This document shows, piece after piece, positions 1 through 9,694 of a DNA stretch of 20,000 nucleotides. Position 1 is the stretch's first letter. The number at the start of each line of letters is the position of its first letter. The position numbers were made by a program, and so were the translations under genes. The notes below the pieces were generated by a model. It did not search any database. It worked only from the letters and a program-made list of their open reading frames with translations, and was not told where the DNA came from. This DNA is from an uncultured virus (IMG/VR IMGVR_UViG_3300028805_000102) (lineage: Duplodnaviria; Heunggongvirae; Uroviricota; Caudoviricetes), in the IMG/VR virus record IMGVR_UViG_3300028805_000102; one strand, given 5' to 3'.

Positions 1-1
1 T

Positions 2-694
2 TTATTTTTTGCTTCAAATAACCATACAACTGATAGTTCCATTGACACAGTTTCAAAAACTTATACTCAAACCTCAGTTTTAGATATTCAAAATGTAAAT
101 GCAAATAGAGATATTAAAAAATATGACGGTGATACATTACTTGTAACAACTAATTTATGGCAAGAAGAACCACATTCATTTCAATCAATGTACTTCTTTC
201 CAGCAAGACTTGATTTTTCATTATACATTAAAACTTCCAAGCCAGTAGCATCTCTTGAAGATGATACTCCAAAATATCCATTCTATTTCACTAAATTAAT
301 ATATAGTGATACTTCTGATAACTGGAAAGAGAATGGTTATGGTGGATTCGATATTAAAAAACCAGCTTCAAAGTGCGACTATGATGTATATGATTTACGT
401 TATAAAGTACAAGTTAAAACAGATAATGGATATGAAACAATTGCTGAATACAGCATTTCACCTTATAAAGAACATACACAACTTAATGGTGATCAATATA
501 TGTCAATAGTAGAATATGATAATAAAATTAAAATTACACCTAAACCTTTATTTGTATCGAAATATTGTAAAAATGTTCCTATTGAAAATAAATCAGAATT
601 CATTAGGATATTGTTAGTAACAGGGTTTATAGCAACATCTGGTTGTAAAACTGAAATCTCTTCTAAGGTTGTTGATAATATCTCTTCTATATAA
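2..694 (+). CDS. Hypothetical phage protein, 5'-truncated by the window edge
   Basis: The frame of ORF 188..694 has no stop codon back to position 2 (LFFASNNHTTDSS...), so the gene probably starts upstream of the window. Ends TAA at 694. No recognisable motif. Confidence 0.7.
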   Translation, partial: LFFASNNHTTDSSIDTVSKTYTQTSVLDIQNVNANRDIKKYDGDTLLVTTNLWQEEPHSFQSMYFFPARLDFSLYIKTSKPVASLEDDTPKYPFYFTKLIYSDTSDNWKENGYGGFDIKKPASKCDYDVYDLRYKVQVKTDNGYETIAEYSISPYKEHTQLNGDQYMSIVEYDNKIKITPKPLFVSKYCKNVPIENKSEFIRILLVTGFIATSGCKTEISSKVVDNISSI

Positions 695-751
695 CTATCT
701 ATTTAAGATTTTATTGTTTATTATTTTATTATAATTTAAAAGTTTAATGAT

Positions 752-1612
752 ATGAATAAATTTATTGAATTAAAGTCAGTAAATGTAAAGAACCTGACTA
801 AACTGTTTCAAAATTCCTCAATTTTTAAAAAGAATCAATTATCATTTTACATTGATTCAACCCAAGAAAATGACATTTACAAGTCATTTGCTGTAAATGA
901 TTCAAAAACAATGATTAAGTACATTGAATCAGACCTTAAAGAATATTGTGAATCAATTGAGAAAAACTTTGAAGGACGTTCAACATCTATTTTTTCTTCA
1001 TCAGAAAAGATAATGAACATCCTGAAAAATCTTGGTACAGCAACTTGTGACATCAAGATTATATTTGCTGAATCAGAAAAGTATGGTAACCTTTCAAAGA
1101 TGATTAAAATTTCTAATCAGTATTTTGAAGTTAACCTGCCTGCAATGTCTGAAATTGTTTGTGATACAGTATCTGATAATTTATATTACGATGATAAATT
1201 AAGAGACAGATTCAGTTCAGCAAAAATTGCATATTCATTCAAAATCAGCGACATCAAACAAATTCTGTCTTGTATGTCAATTGATGACGCAAATACTAAA
1301 TTCTATATGTACAATAATGAAGGTACAGCATATTTTTCAGAATTACCTTCAGATTCAGAAGCAGTTGTTACAAATGTAGATGAGCTTACAGCTCTTGACA
1401 ATATCTACAAATATACACTTTCACCTGTTGAAAATCAATCATTAGACAAGATCTTCAATGCAGTAAGTAAGGATTTATTCAAAAACGTAAATTCAAACAT
1501 AACATACTCTGCGGATGTTATAGAAATTAATAAATCCGTTTACTCGCTTCGTCTAATCTCTGATCCGGACATTTGTTCTGAAATGTATATTGTATCAACT
1601 CTAAAACTATAG
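752..1612 (+). CDS. Possible DNA polymerase sliding clamp/processivity factor (T4 gp45/PCNA-like); otherwise hypothetical
   Basis: 286 aa ORF 6 nt upstream of the PolB gene. Size and alternating beta/alpha pattern fit a clamp subunit. Function is inferred from synteny only; no diagnostic motif. Confidence 0.4.
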   Translation: MNKFIELKSVNVKNLTKLFQNSSIFKKNQLSFYIDSTQENDIYKSFAVNDSKTMIKYIESDLKEYCESIEKNFEGRSTSIFSSSEKIMNILKNLGTATCDIKIIFAESEKYGNLSKMIKISNQYFEVNLPAMSEIVCDTVSDNLYYDDKLRDRFSSAKIAYSFKISDIKQILSCMSIDDANTKFYMYNNEGTAYFSELPSDSEAVVTNVDELTALDNIYKYTLSPVENQSLDKIFNAVSKDLFKNVNSNITYSADVIEINKSVYSLRLISDPDICSEMYIVSTLKL

Positions 1613-1618
1613 TATTAT

Positions 1619-4483
1619 ATGCTCGTTGACATTGTTTATAATGAGACTCCAAATAATCATTATTTGGAGGTCTCATATTGGAATAATAAAGGTTTTGTTG
1701 AAAAAATTCAAAAAAGAATTTCAGATGATGATATTTTTGATTGGGTTATTTCAGAAAAACCTACTAAAAAATTTAACTACTTAAACAAGTATGTAAAGCC
1801 AAAATATAAAAAGTATCTACGAGACCTTTCAAAATATAGAGTACAAGAACTTATTGAACAATATTTTGATAAAGAGCTTGACCTAATTTATTCAAGTCAG
1901 CAGCCACAATTCACATTTTTTGATATTGAAATAGAAGTACCTGATAATTCAATTTCATTGGATGACATTATTGCTCAGGCTGACAATGCAATAACACTTA
2001 TTTCATTTGTTACAAATAAAAAATTGTTTGTACTTGGATGGAAGAAAATGCCTGACGAAGACATAGAATTTGTAAAAGAATCCATTGACAAACATCTTGA
2101 ACTTTCTAAAATTCAGGATAGATATGAATTCAAATACAAATGCTTTGATTCTGAAGAAGATATGCTTACATTCTTTGTGAACAAAGTTGTAAAACGTACA
2201 GGTATTTTTTGTGGATGGAATTCAGAAGGATTTGACTGGCCTTACATATGCTATAGATGTCGAAAACTTGGAATTACAGATATAGCAAAAGCATACTTTC
2301 CAAAATCAAGAACTTCTGAACGTCCAAAGGGTGTAAGACTTGATCACGTAATTCATTTCGATTATCTTACTGCTTTCCAAACTTGGTCTAAGTATTTGAC
2401 TGATAATATGAAACTTGATACAGTCGGTGAAGTTGTCGCAGGTGTGAGAAAAATCCAACATGAAGAAGATTTGCAGACAATGTACCTTGAACATTATAAA
2501 GAGTACGTTCTCTATAATGCTATAGATAGTGTAGTTGTACAGCAAATTCATAATGTGACAAAGGCTTTAAGTTCCGGACTTTTGACAACATCGCTTACTC
2601 ACTCACGAGCATCCGATTGTGCTCATCGTTCAACACTTGTCGCAGACATTCTTAGAAAGGGATATTCTGAAGAAGGAAAGGTATTGAATGCTGATTATGT
2701 AAGTCCTAAAAAAGATAGGTCATATAGTGGAGCATTTTTCAAAAAACCTGTTGTTGGGAAACATTTTGACAATATGGCCTGTGACTTTGCCTCTCTGTAC
2801 CCTTCAATTATGCGTGAATTCAATATTTCACCAGAAACACATTTAAGACAAGAAGCTCCAGGTTCATTCAAGGAAATTATACCTGGCGAAATACGTTGTG
2901 CCTCAGGTGCAGTATATTCTAAAAAAGAAGGTGTATTGCCTCGTATTCTTACAAAGCTTTACAATGACCGTAAGTCATTTAAAAAGATTATGATGAAGTA
3001 TAAACAAGAATATGAGGACGGACGAGAACTTATGTTATCAAATGCGTCTTTATCTGAACTCTTGGATTATTATAACAGTCATAACGAGAATAAGAAGGAG
3101 TCTATAACAAAAGATGAATTTGAAGATTATTTAACAAGGACATACAGACTTCAGAAATCAAATAATGAGCTTCAAAATGCAGCCAAAACAATTATTAACG
3201 CTTCATATGGTGCTTTTGGATTCGAGACTTTCAGATTTTTCAATCTTGATATTGCTGAATCAATTACTACACAAGGTAAGGACGCAATTCTATGGACTGA
3301 GAAAAATTTGAATGAGTTGTTTAAGAAACATTGGCTTGAACAAACTGACGCTCATAGAAAAATGAACATTGTTGCAAGACATAATGTTATGAATGATTCT
3401 TCAGTATATATCGCAACCGATAGTATCTATGCCTCAGTACGTGAAGTAATAGAATCAACTGACTGGAATGAACATAAAGTTTGGCGAATTATAACAGATG
3501 ATAAGAAACATTATTTCTGTTCAGCAAATAATTTGGACACTGAAGAACAGGCTCTTGAATTTTTCAAAAATGTCCGTAATGTGGATATTAATAATGCAAA
3601 AATAGACCTGATAGATCCTGACGGATGCTCATTCGCTATGACGCTTTATGACGTTCTTTTGAAGCAGTTCTATGCAAACTTATTCGAAGACTATGCTAAG
3701 CGATACAATGGTAACGGTAATATTTTGAATTTCGAATTTGAATCATATTCAAAAACTGGTATTTGGCTTGCAAAGAACAGATATGTTCAAGATATTCGTT
3801 GGTCTGATCCAAATATTTACTACAAGCCATTTACTAAAATCAAAGCAACTGGCCTTGAAGATATTAAGTCAACTTATACGAAATTCCTAAGAAAAATGAT
3901 TGCTGATACTGAATTGTTTTTATTACAGAATGAAAAACTTTCAGAAGAAGAGGTTGCTGAATTCCTTAGAAAAATGAAAAATATCTTTATGACTGCAAAG
4001 ATTGCAGATATTTGTTCACTTCAGACAATCCATACATATAAAAGATATTGCATACAGGACTTCGGTAAAGCCATCATTCGTTCAAAAGCCCCTATGACAG
4101 TAAAAGGTGCCGTTCTATGGAATTATATTGTCAATAGCAATCCAAAGCTAAAGAAAAAATATAATTTGATAGGTGACGGTTCAAAAGTACGATTGGCTCT
4201 TGTAACATCTCCAATTATCAACTTCACAGTTATTAAAAATACTGAAGATACTGATGATGGTATAATGGATGATGATTTTACAGGAGACAATATGGAATCA
4301 CAAGTCATTGCATTTAGCCAAGATGATGAAGTCAATGATAGACTGATTTCAGATATGAAAATAAAAATAGATAAGGTACAAATGTTTGAAAAACTATACC
4401 TGCAACCTGTAAACAGGCTTTTGGAGGCTTGTAAAATTAGAACATTTGATGCTTCGCTTTCTTACTCAATTTCATTATTCTAA
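1619..4483 (+). CDS. polB: Family B DNA polymerase with 3'-5' exonuclease (T4 gp43-like)
   Basis: ExoI FFDIEIE, ExoII GWNSEGFDWPYI, ExoIII YNAIDS, motif A DFASLYPSIM, motif B KTIINASYG, motif C YIATDS (variant of YGDTDS), KNRY and KATGLE. 954 aa. Confidence 0.96.
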   Translation: MLVDIVYNETPNNHYLEVSYWNNKGFVEKIQKRISDDDIFDWVISEKPTKKFNYLNKYVKPKYKKYLRDLSKYRVQELIEQYFDKELDLIYSSQQPQFTFFDIEIEVPDNSISLDDIIAQADNAITLISFVTNKKLFVLGWKKMPDEDIEFVKESIDKHLELSKIQDRYEFKYKCFDSEEDMLTFFVNKVVKRTGIFCGWNSEGFDWPYICYRCRKLGITDIAKAYFPKSRTSERPKGVRLDHVIHFDYLTAFQTWSKYLTDNMKLDTVGEVVAGVRKIQHEEDLQTMYLEHYKEYVLYNAIDSVVVQQIHNVTKALSSGLLTTSLTHSRASDCAHRSTLVADILRKGYSEEGKVLNADYVSPKKDRSYSGAFFKKPVVGKHFDNMACDFASLYPSIMREFNISPETHLRQEAPGSFKEIIPGEIRCASGAVYSKKEGVLPRILTKLYNDRKSFKKIMMKYKQEYEDGRELMLSNASLSELLDYYNSHNENKKESITKDEFEDYLTRTYRLQKSNNELQNAAKTIINASYGAFGFETFRFFNLDIAESITTQGKDAILWTEKNLNELFKKHWLEQTDAHRKMNIVARHNVMNDSSVYIATDSIYASVREVIESTDWNEHKVWRIITDDKKHYFCSANNLDTEEQALEFFKNVRNVDINNAKIDLIDPDGCSFAMTLYDVLLKQFYANLFEDYAKRYNGNGNILNFEFESYSKTGIWLAKNRYVQDIRWSDPNIYYKPFTKIKATGLEDIKSTYTKFLRKMIADTELFLLQNEKLSEEEVAEFLRKMKNIFMTAKIADICSLQTIHTYKRYCIQDFGKAIIRSKAPMTVKGAVLWNYIVNSNPKLKKKYNLIGDGSKVRLALVTSPIINFTVIKNTEDTDDGIMDDDFTGDNMESQVIAFSQDDEVNDRLISDMKIKIDKVQMFEKLYLQPVNRLLEACKIRTFDASLSYSISLF

Positions 4484-4485
4484 TC

Positions 4486-5286
4486 ATGAGAGCAGTTTGT
4501 TTTTGGTATATAAATGATAGGGTTACTGATGAGTTTTTTGAAATGGAAAACCTTCATTTTGAAAAAATTAAACAGTATAACATCAAGCAATATTTTGATA
4601 AAATAGATGTACACATATCTATTAATCCTAAATTTCATTATGCCGAACATACTGAATTCTTTGATAAGGCTGTAAGAAAACTGCAATCTTGTCTTGGAAA
4701 AAATATTAATATAGTGGCATCCGAAAACTCTCCAAAATATGGGGAGTTTTTATGCTACTATGATATGGTATTTAAAACTCTGAAAGATGAAATTGAACCT
4801 ATATTTTATTTTCATTTCAAAGGAGTTAAAAAGTTTGACCCTGTTTTTATACAATCAAGGACAAAATGGATTAATGTCCTCTATGACAAATGTTTTTCAG
4901 AAAATATTCTTAACCATATAGGTGAATACTCTATGTCAGGTGCTCATTTTGAACCATGTTCTAGAAGCTGGTTTGAAAAATGGCTTTGGCTTGGAACATT
5001 TGAAAAATATAAAAAATCATATCCATTCTTAAAAAATCTTCAATCTACAAATTGCGGTTATCTCGACGGATCATTTCAATGGATAAATCCGATAAAGCTC
5101 AAAGAATATCTTTTTGAAAAGGGTGTTTCAATAGATGATTTGTTTTCAATTGAATTTTCAGACAATGCAAGAATAAGATACACTCATTTTTCAGAATATT
5201 TTCTATGTAGTATTTTAGATAAATCTGAAATCAATGCTGAAGAATTTGTAAGAACCTACTTACAAAATAAATTACTCAATAAATGA
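4486..5286 (+). CDS. Putative glycosyltransferase-like phage protein (YxHxKG family)
   Basis: 266 aa with the pattern YGE...IFYFHFKG...W...GSFQW...R...SEYFL. This resembles the viral family with Y-x-H-x-K-G, GNFWW and R..E.W motifs, often annotated as glycosyltransferase-like. Recognised from memory of the motif, not by search. Confidence 0.4.
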   Translation: MRAVCFWYINDRVTDEFFEMENLHFEKIKQYNIKQYFDKIDVHISINPKFHYAEHTEFFDKAVRKLQSCLGKNINIVASENSPKYGEFLCYYDMVFKTLKDEIEPIFYFHFKGVKKFDPVFIQSRTKWINVLYDKCFSENILNHIGEYSMSGAHFEPCSRSWFEKWLWLGTFEKYKKSYPFLKNLQSTNCGYLDGSFQWINPIKLKEYLFEKGVSIDDLFSIEFSDNARIRYTHFSEYFLCSILDKSEINAEEFVRTYLQNKLLNK

Positions 5287-6032
5287 ACGGAATAAATCTA
5301 TATAATACCGACTGTTTCAACATTTTATCACAGCTTGAAAATAACAATACAAAACTTGACTGTATAATTTGTGATTTACCATATTATAATGTAGTCGAAA
5401 GTGAATTTGACAATCAATGGAAATCAAATGATGAATATATAGAATGGCTTTGTACATTCGTTGAAAAATGTTATTCTGTACTTAAAGAAGGTGGGAATAT
5501 AATATTATTTTGTTCAAGACAAAATATGTGGAGAATTTCAGCTATGATGTATAATTCAGGCTTTACTGAAAACAGAACAATAATTTGGGCACGTAAAAGA
5601 GGTTTTAACAGTACAAGAGGTAAGTCATTAACAAGCGGATATGAACCAATTTTATTTTGGTCAAAGGGTAAATCATTGACATTCAATCAGATAAAATTAA
5701 AAATAAATTCAAAAAGAAAAGAATATACAAAGGGTTTTCTAAAAGACGGTGTAAATCTTACTGATGTTTGGACAGATATTCCTGCACTACCTCATAATTC
5801 AAAGGAAAAAACAAATCATCCGACTCAGAAACCTTTGAAACTGATGGAACGAATAGTAAGCCTTTTTACAAACAAAGATGATTTAGTGGCTGACTTCTTT
5901 ATGGGATCAGGTACGACAGGTGAAGCCTGCGTAAACTTGAAACGAAGATTTATAGGTGTTGAAATAAACAAAGAATTTTTTGAAACAGCTCAGGAAAGAA
6001 TCCAGAAAAACTTGTTTGCATATGGTATCTAA
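5283..6032 (+). CDS. Orphan DNA methyltransferase, N6-adenine/N4-cytosine, beta class
   Basis: Catalytic motif IV variant DLPY near the N-terminus, HPTQKP, SAM-binding DFFMGSGTT near the C-terminus, then FIGVEI. ATGA overlap with the upstream gene. No adjacent restriction endonuclease. Confidence 0.92.
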   Translation: MNGINLYNTDCFNILSQLENNNTKLDCIICDLPYYNVVESEFDNQWKSNDEYIEWLCTFVEKCYSVLKEGGNIILFCSRQNMWRISAMMYNSGFTENRTIIWARKRGFNSTRGKSLTSGYEPILFWSKGKSLTFNQIKLKINSKRKEYTKGFLKDGVNLTDVWTDIPALPHNSKEKTNHPTQKPLKLMERIVSLFTNKDDLVADFFMGSGTTGEACVNLKRRFIGVEINKEFFETAQERIQKNLFAYGI

Positions 6033-6080
6033 ATCAAAATTTTTATAATTTTTTATCTTATAGGTAAAAATAATTCAAAA

Positions 6081-6155
6081 TTTTGATCCAACTTTCAAAA
6101 TGTCATATTATATTTACATCAACAAATTAATATTAGCGTTTAAAATTAAATTATT
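6081..6155 (+). promoter_or_regulatory. Repeated phage promoter-leader element, copy 1 (TTGATC-N17-TATTAT plus conserved leader)
   Basis: TTGATC 6083-6088 and TATTAT 6106-6111 are 17 bp apart, followed by tttacatcaacaaattaa...ttaaaattaaa and ATG 6156. A near-identical copy lies at 10788-10861. Confidence 0.75.
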
Positions 6156-6698
6156 ATGACACAAGAAGAAAAATTATTATTAATAGATTTGTCATCAAGA
6201 GTACAATATAACGTGTTGGTTGAACAAACATGGTTTCCTACATACCTTGCAGGTAAAGTACAATGCTTAAAGTCAATACAAAATAATAATACAGTTACGC
6301 TATGCTGGCGTTTTGACAATGAATTTGTTCCTATACATGAAATTAAGCCATACTTGCGTTCAATGTCAAGTATGGCTAATGAAGAGGTGAAAGATTTAAT
6401 AAAAGTAAAAATTTTATCTAAATATGGTAAAGTAGGTGATTATTTTGGTTTTAATAACATAAAGTCAATTAAGAATATTCACTTCAGTTCAAGATACAAT
6501 GAGTGGTTTTGTGATGTTACGTTTAACACGATTGAGGATAAATTTACCACTTGTTTTTCAGTAGGCAGAGTTACTTGGGAAACCACAATTGCAGAAATTG
6601 ATTGGCTCAACGCTCATCACTTTGATTATCGTGGACTTATTGAGAAAGGTCTTGCATTGGAAGCAAAAGAAAAAATGTATAAACAATTAAATAATTAA
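6156..6698 (+). CDS. Hypothetical phage protein, MTQEEK...KPYLR...FDYRGLIEKGLA family, paralog 1
   Basis: 180 aa. Shares N-terminal, central KPYLRxMSSM and C-terminal HFDYRGLIEKGLALEA blocks with ORFs 16546 and 16932. Confidence 0.85.
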   Translation: MTQEEKLLLIDLSSRVQYNVLVEQTWFPTYLAGKVQCLKSIQNNNTVTLCWRFDNEFVPIHEIKPYLRSMSSMANEEVKDLIKVKILSKYGKVGDYFGFNNIKSIKNIHFSSRYNEWFCDVTFNTIEDKFTTCFSVGRVTWETTIAEIDWLNAHHFDYRGLIEKGLALEAKEKMYKQLNN

Positions 6699-6702
6699 AA
6701 CT

Positions 6703-8697
6703 ATGAATTACGAAAAGAAATATAAAGAAGCTCTTGAAAGAATGAAATCTTGGGTAAAAGGTGAGCATCCTGAATGCTTCTGTGAAGCTCAAAAGGCTGC
6801 CGAATTTGTTTTCCCTGAACTCAAAGAGAACGAGGACGAGAATATAAGAAAAGCCATCAAGTATGGTCTTGACCATGTGTTTACTAACAACACTACCATC
6901 TTTGAAGTCACAAAGGAACAGTGTCTTTCTTGGCTTGAAGGGCAAGATGATCAGAAACCTGTTTTGAATGAAGAGGATGAGAAGATGTTTAAATCAATTA
7001 TTGAATGTATAGATGGAACCGGTTTACTTGATTCAGACCAAATAACTTGGTTTAAATCTCTCAAAGACAGAGTTGGTTGTAAAGTGAATTACATGACTAC
7101 AAAAGAATGGAGTGAAGAAGATGAATATCAAATCAATACAATTCTTCACGGACTTGATTTAAAGAGAGCAATTTATAGAAAAGAAAAAAACAAAGTAGAA
7201 GAAGATAGATACAATACACAATATAATTGGCTCAAATCCTTCAAAGACAGAGTTGGTTGTGAAGTGAATTGTACAACCACAAAAGAGTGGAGTGAAGATG
7301 ATGAATATCAAATCAATACAATTCTTCACATACTTAATTTAAAGAAAGAAATTTATAAGAAGAGAGAAAATAAAGTAGAAGAAGATAGATACAATACACA
7401 ATATAATTGGCTCAAATCTATCAAAGACAAATACAAAGATGCTGTAGAATATGATAAGGCACGACTTGAAAAACAAGACGAGCAAAAAGAAACACTTTGT
7501 GATAAATGCAGGAGAGAACAACCTTATCACTCTTGTCAAGACATTACAGAATTAGGAAGATGTGTATTAGAACATCAATGTGAACAGAAATCTAATAATG
7601 TTGAATCGAAGTTCAAAGTAGGAGACTGGATTATACAGAATGGCGTAGGAACATACAAAATTGTAGAGGTTTGCGAGTCTTGGTATGAAGTAGTTGATGC
7701 TGAAGACAATCAGTATTCAATCTCTTTTGATAAAGAGTATATGTGCCATCTTTGGACTATCCAAGACGCGAAGGATGGTGATGTGCTTACATTTGTCAAG
7801 AACGGAACAATTTTTATATTCAAAAACGTTTTGGATAATATGCCATATTCTTATTGTGGAATAGATTACTTTGCAAGATTTAGAAATTGTATCGAAGAAG
7901 GCGGAAAAGAGGGAAGAAATTGGACATCGTCCTTACAAGGTATTTGTCCTGCAACCAAAAAACAACGTGACATACTATTCCAAAAGATGAAAGAAGCTGA
8001 GTATGAATGGGATGCTGAAAATAAATTAATAAGAAGACTTTCTAAATTTCATGTAGGCGATAAGCTGATTAGTTCAAAGAACCCAAGACTTACTTATAAT
8101 ATTTTGGAAGTTGGACATATCAATGAACTCGGCAACACAGAATATAAAGTAGAAATCTTTACTGATGGAAAAGCACAAAATCCTTGTAACATTCTTTATA
8201 TGGAATGTTGTAAAGTAGATGAATGGGCTGAACTGATTAATCAAAAGTCCAATGATAAAGTTGAACCAAAGTTTAAGGCTGGTGATTTGGCTGTTGATAA
8301 CTGTGGTTATATCTGGAAAATAGAAGGAATCTTAAACCAGTTTTATCTCTTAGAAGGTGTAGAAGGTGGTGAATCTCGCCCTCCAATAGAATTGGTTAAC
8401 AAGAACTTTCATCTTTGGACTATTCAAGATGCAAAAGATGGCGATGTACTTTCTTATGTAACAGATAAAGGAAATTTGTGGATATTGATTTATAAGTCTT
8501 TTTATGAACCTTATGAAGGACATGTTCATTATCACGCACTTCTTGCTAATGATGACTTTTCATGTGAAGGTACTTGTTGTATTTCTATTGACAACTTGAA
8601 ACCATCATCTATAGAACAACGTAAACTTTTATTCCAAAAAATTGAAGAGGTTGGTTATAAATGGGATTTAGAAAAGAAAGAACTAATAAATGAATAA
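6703..8697 (+). CDS. Modular repeat phage protein (KFKVGD / HLWTIQDAKDGDVL / PATK family), paralog 1
   Basis: 664 aa with two WSEEDE 60-aa repeats, three KFxxGD starts and two HLWTIQDAKDGDVL modules. Confidence 0.88.
   Translation: MNYEKKYKEALERMKSWVKGEHPECFCEAQKAAEFVFPELKENEDENIRKAIKYGLDHVFTNNTTIFEVTKEQCLSWLEGQDDQKPVLNEEDEKMFKSIIECIDGTGLLDSDQITWFKSLKDRVGCKVNYMTTKEWSEEDEYQINTILHGLDLKRAIYRKEKNKVEEDRYNTQYNWLKSFKDRVGCEVNCTTTKEWSEDDEYQINTILHILNLKKEIYKKRENKVEEDRYNTQYNWLKSIKDKYKDAVEYDKARLEKQDEQKETLCDKCRREQPYHSCQDITELGRCVLEHQCEQKSNNVESKFKVGDWIIQNGVGTYKIVEVCESWYEVVDAEDNQYSISFDKEYMCHLWTIQDAKDGDVLTFVKNGTIFIFKNVLDNMPYSYCGIDYFARFRNCIEEGGKEGRNWTSSLQGICPATKKQRDILFQKMKEAEYEWDAENKLIRRLSKFHVGDKLISSKNPRLTYNILEVGHINELGNTEYKVEIFTDGKAQNPCNILYMECCKVDEWAELINQKSNDKVEPKFKAGDLAVDNCGYIWKIEGILNQFYLLEGVEGGESRPPIELVNKNFHLWTIQDAKDGDVLSYVTDKGNLWILIYKSFYEPYEGHVHYHALLANDDFSCEGTCCISIDNLKPSSIEQRKLLFQKIEEVGYKWDLEKKELINE
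7048..7429 (+). repeat. Intragenic 180-bp (60-codon) tandem duplication, about 2.1 copies
   Basis: 7048-7227 aligns to 7228-7407 with an exact 180 bp period; for example gaagatagatacaatacacaatataattggctcaaatc occurs at 7201 and 7381. A partial third copy runs to about 7429. Confidence 0.92.
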
Positions 8698-8752
8698 ACT
8701 ATAAGTTATTAAAAAATAACTTTTATAAAGAAAATTAAAATTGATAAAGAAT

Positions 8753-9652
8753 ATGGAAAGAAAAGAGGCAATAGAAATTATAAGAAGCAATTTCCATAAT
8801 GGAAGTGTTAAGTTAAGTGAGGCATTGAAAACACTCATTCCTGAACTTGAAGAAAATGAAAACGATGACGATGGAATAAGAATGGACCTTATTGAGTTTG
8901 TTAGACAATATGGTGATAACTATTATGGTCAATTTTCAAAGGCATCCGTAATTTCTTGGCTTGAAAAGCAAGGTGAGCAAAACAAACAGCATCTATATGA
9001 TATAATTATATCCCTATGGGGTTTATTGGATAAAATAGATACGTTTGTAGACTTGCAAATAAATGATACTAGTCAACATAATCCTTTTAGAAAAATAGAG
9101 GATATAACACAAGAAAGACATAAATTTGTGAAATCAGATGGATATAATTTGTTCATTGATGACTTTATGATAACGAATGATAAAAATTTTGAAAAACAGG
9201 GTGAGAAAAAATCTGCAGATAATGTTGGCCCAAAGTTCAAAGCTGGTGATTGGATTATCTGCGATGGACTTCATCCTGCACTTATATTAAATGTTGCCGA
9301 TAATAAGTATGAAATCGAATTTACCGATAATGGTGCTGTAGGGCATCATGCTATTGATTTCATAGAGAGACATTGGCATCTTTGGACCATCGAGGATGCA
9401 AAGGATGGTGATGTACTTGTAAGCGGTAGTGGCTGCCCGTTTATTTATAAAAATATTAATGATAGATTGGCTCTATTTTATTGTTGTGTAAGTGCTGATA
9501 ATGATTTCCTTATTGGTAATGATAGAAGTTATTGTGGTCTTAAAAAAACAGCCAAGCCTGCAACCAAGAAACAACACGACTACCTATTCCAAAGAATGAA
9601 TGATGCGGAATATAAATGGGACGCGAACAAAAAAGAATTGCATGCAATATAA
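8753..9652 (+). CDS. Modular repeat phage protein, paralog 2
   Basis: The likely start is ATG 8753 (MERKEAIEII) rather than TTG 8741, by comparison with paralog 3. Contains WLEKQGEQ, KFKAGDW, HLWTIEDAKDGDVL, PATKKQ and EYKWD. Confidence 0.85.
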   Translation: MERKEAIEIIRSNFHNGSVKLSEALKTLIPELEENENDDDGIRMDLIEFVRQYGDNYYGQFSKASVISWLEKQGEQNKQHLYDIIISLWGLLDKIDTFVDLQINDTSQHNPFRKIEDITQERHKFVKSDGYNLFIDDFMITNDKNFEKQGEKKSADNVGPKFKAGDWIICDGLHPALILNVADNKYEIEFTDNGAVGHHAIDFIERHWHLWTIEDAKDGDVLVSGSGCPFIYKNINDRLALFYCCVSADNDFLIGNDRSYCGLKKTAKPATKKQHDYLFQRMNDAEYKWDANKKELHAI

Positions 9653-9694
9653 TACTACATTAAATTTTTAATACATAAACTTTAAATTTTGGTT

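Noticed and set aside
5283..6032. Complete restriction-modification system
   Set aside because: No neighbouring ORF has recognisable PD-(D/E)xK, HNH or GIY-YIG motifs; treated as an orphan methyltransferase.
8704..8723. Intergenic inverted repeat aagttatt-aaaa-aataactt as a terminator
   Set aside because: The stem is almost entirely A-T in very AT-rich DNA between co-oriented paralogs; too weak to call.
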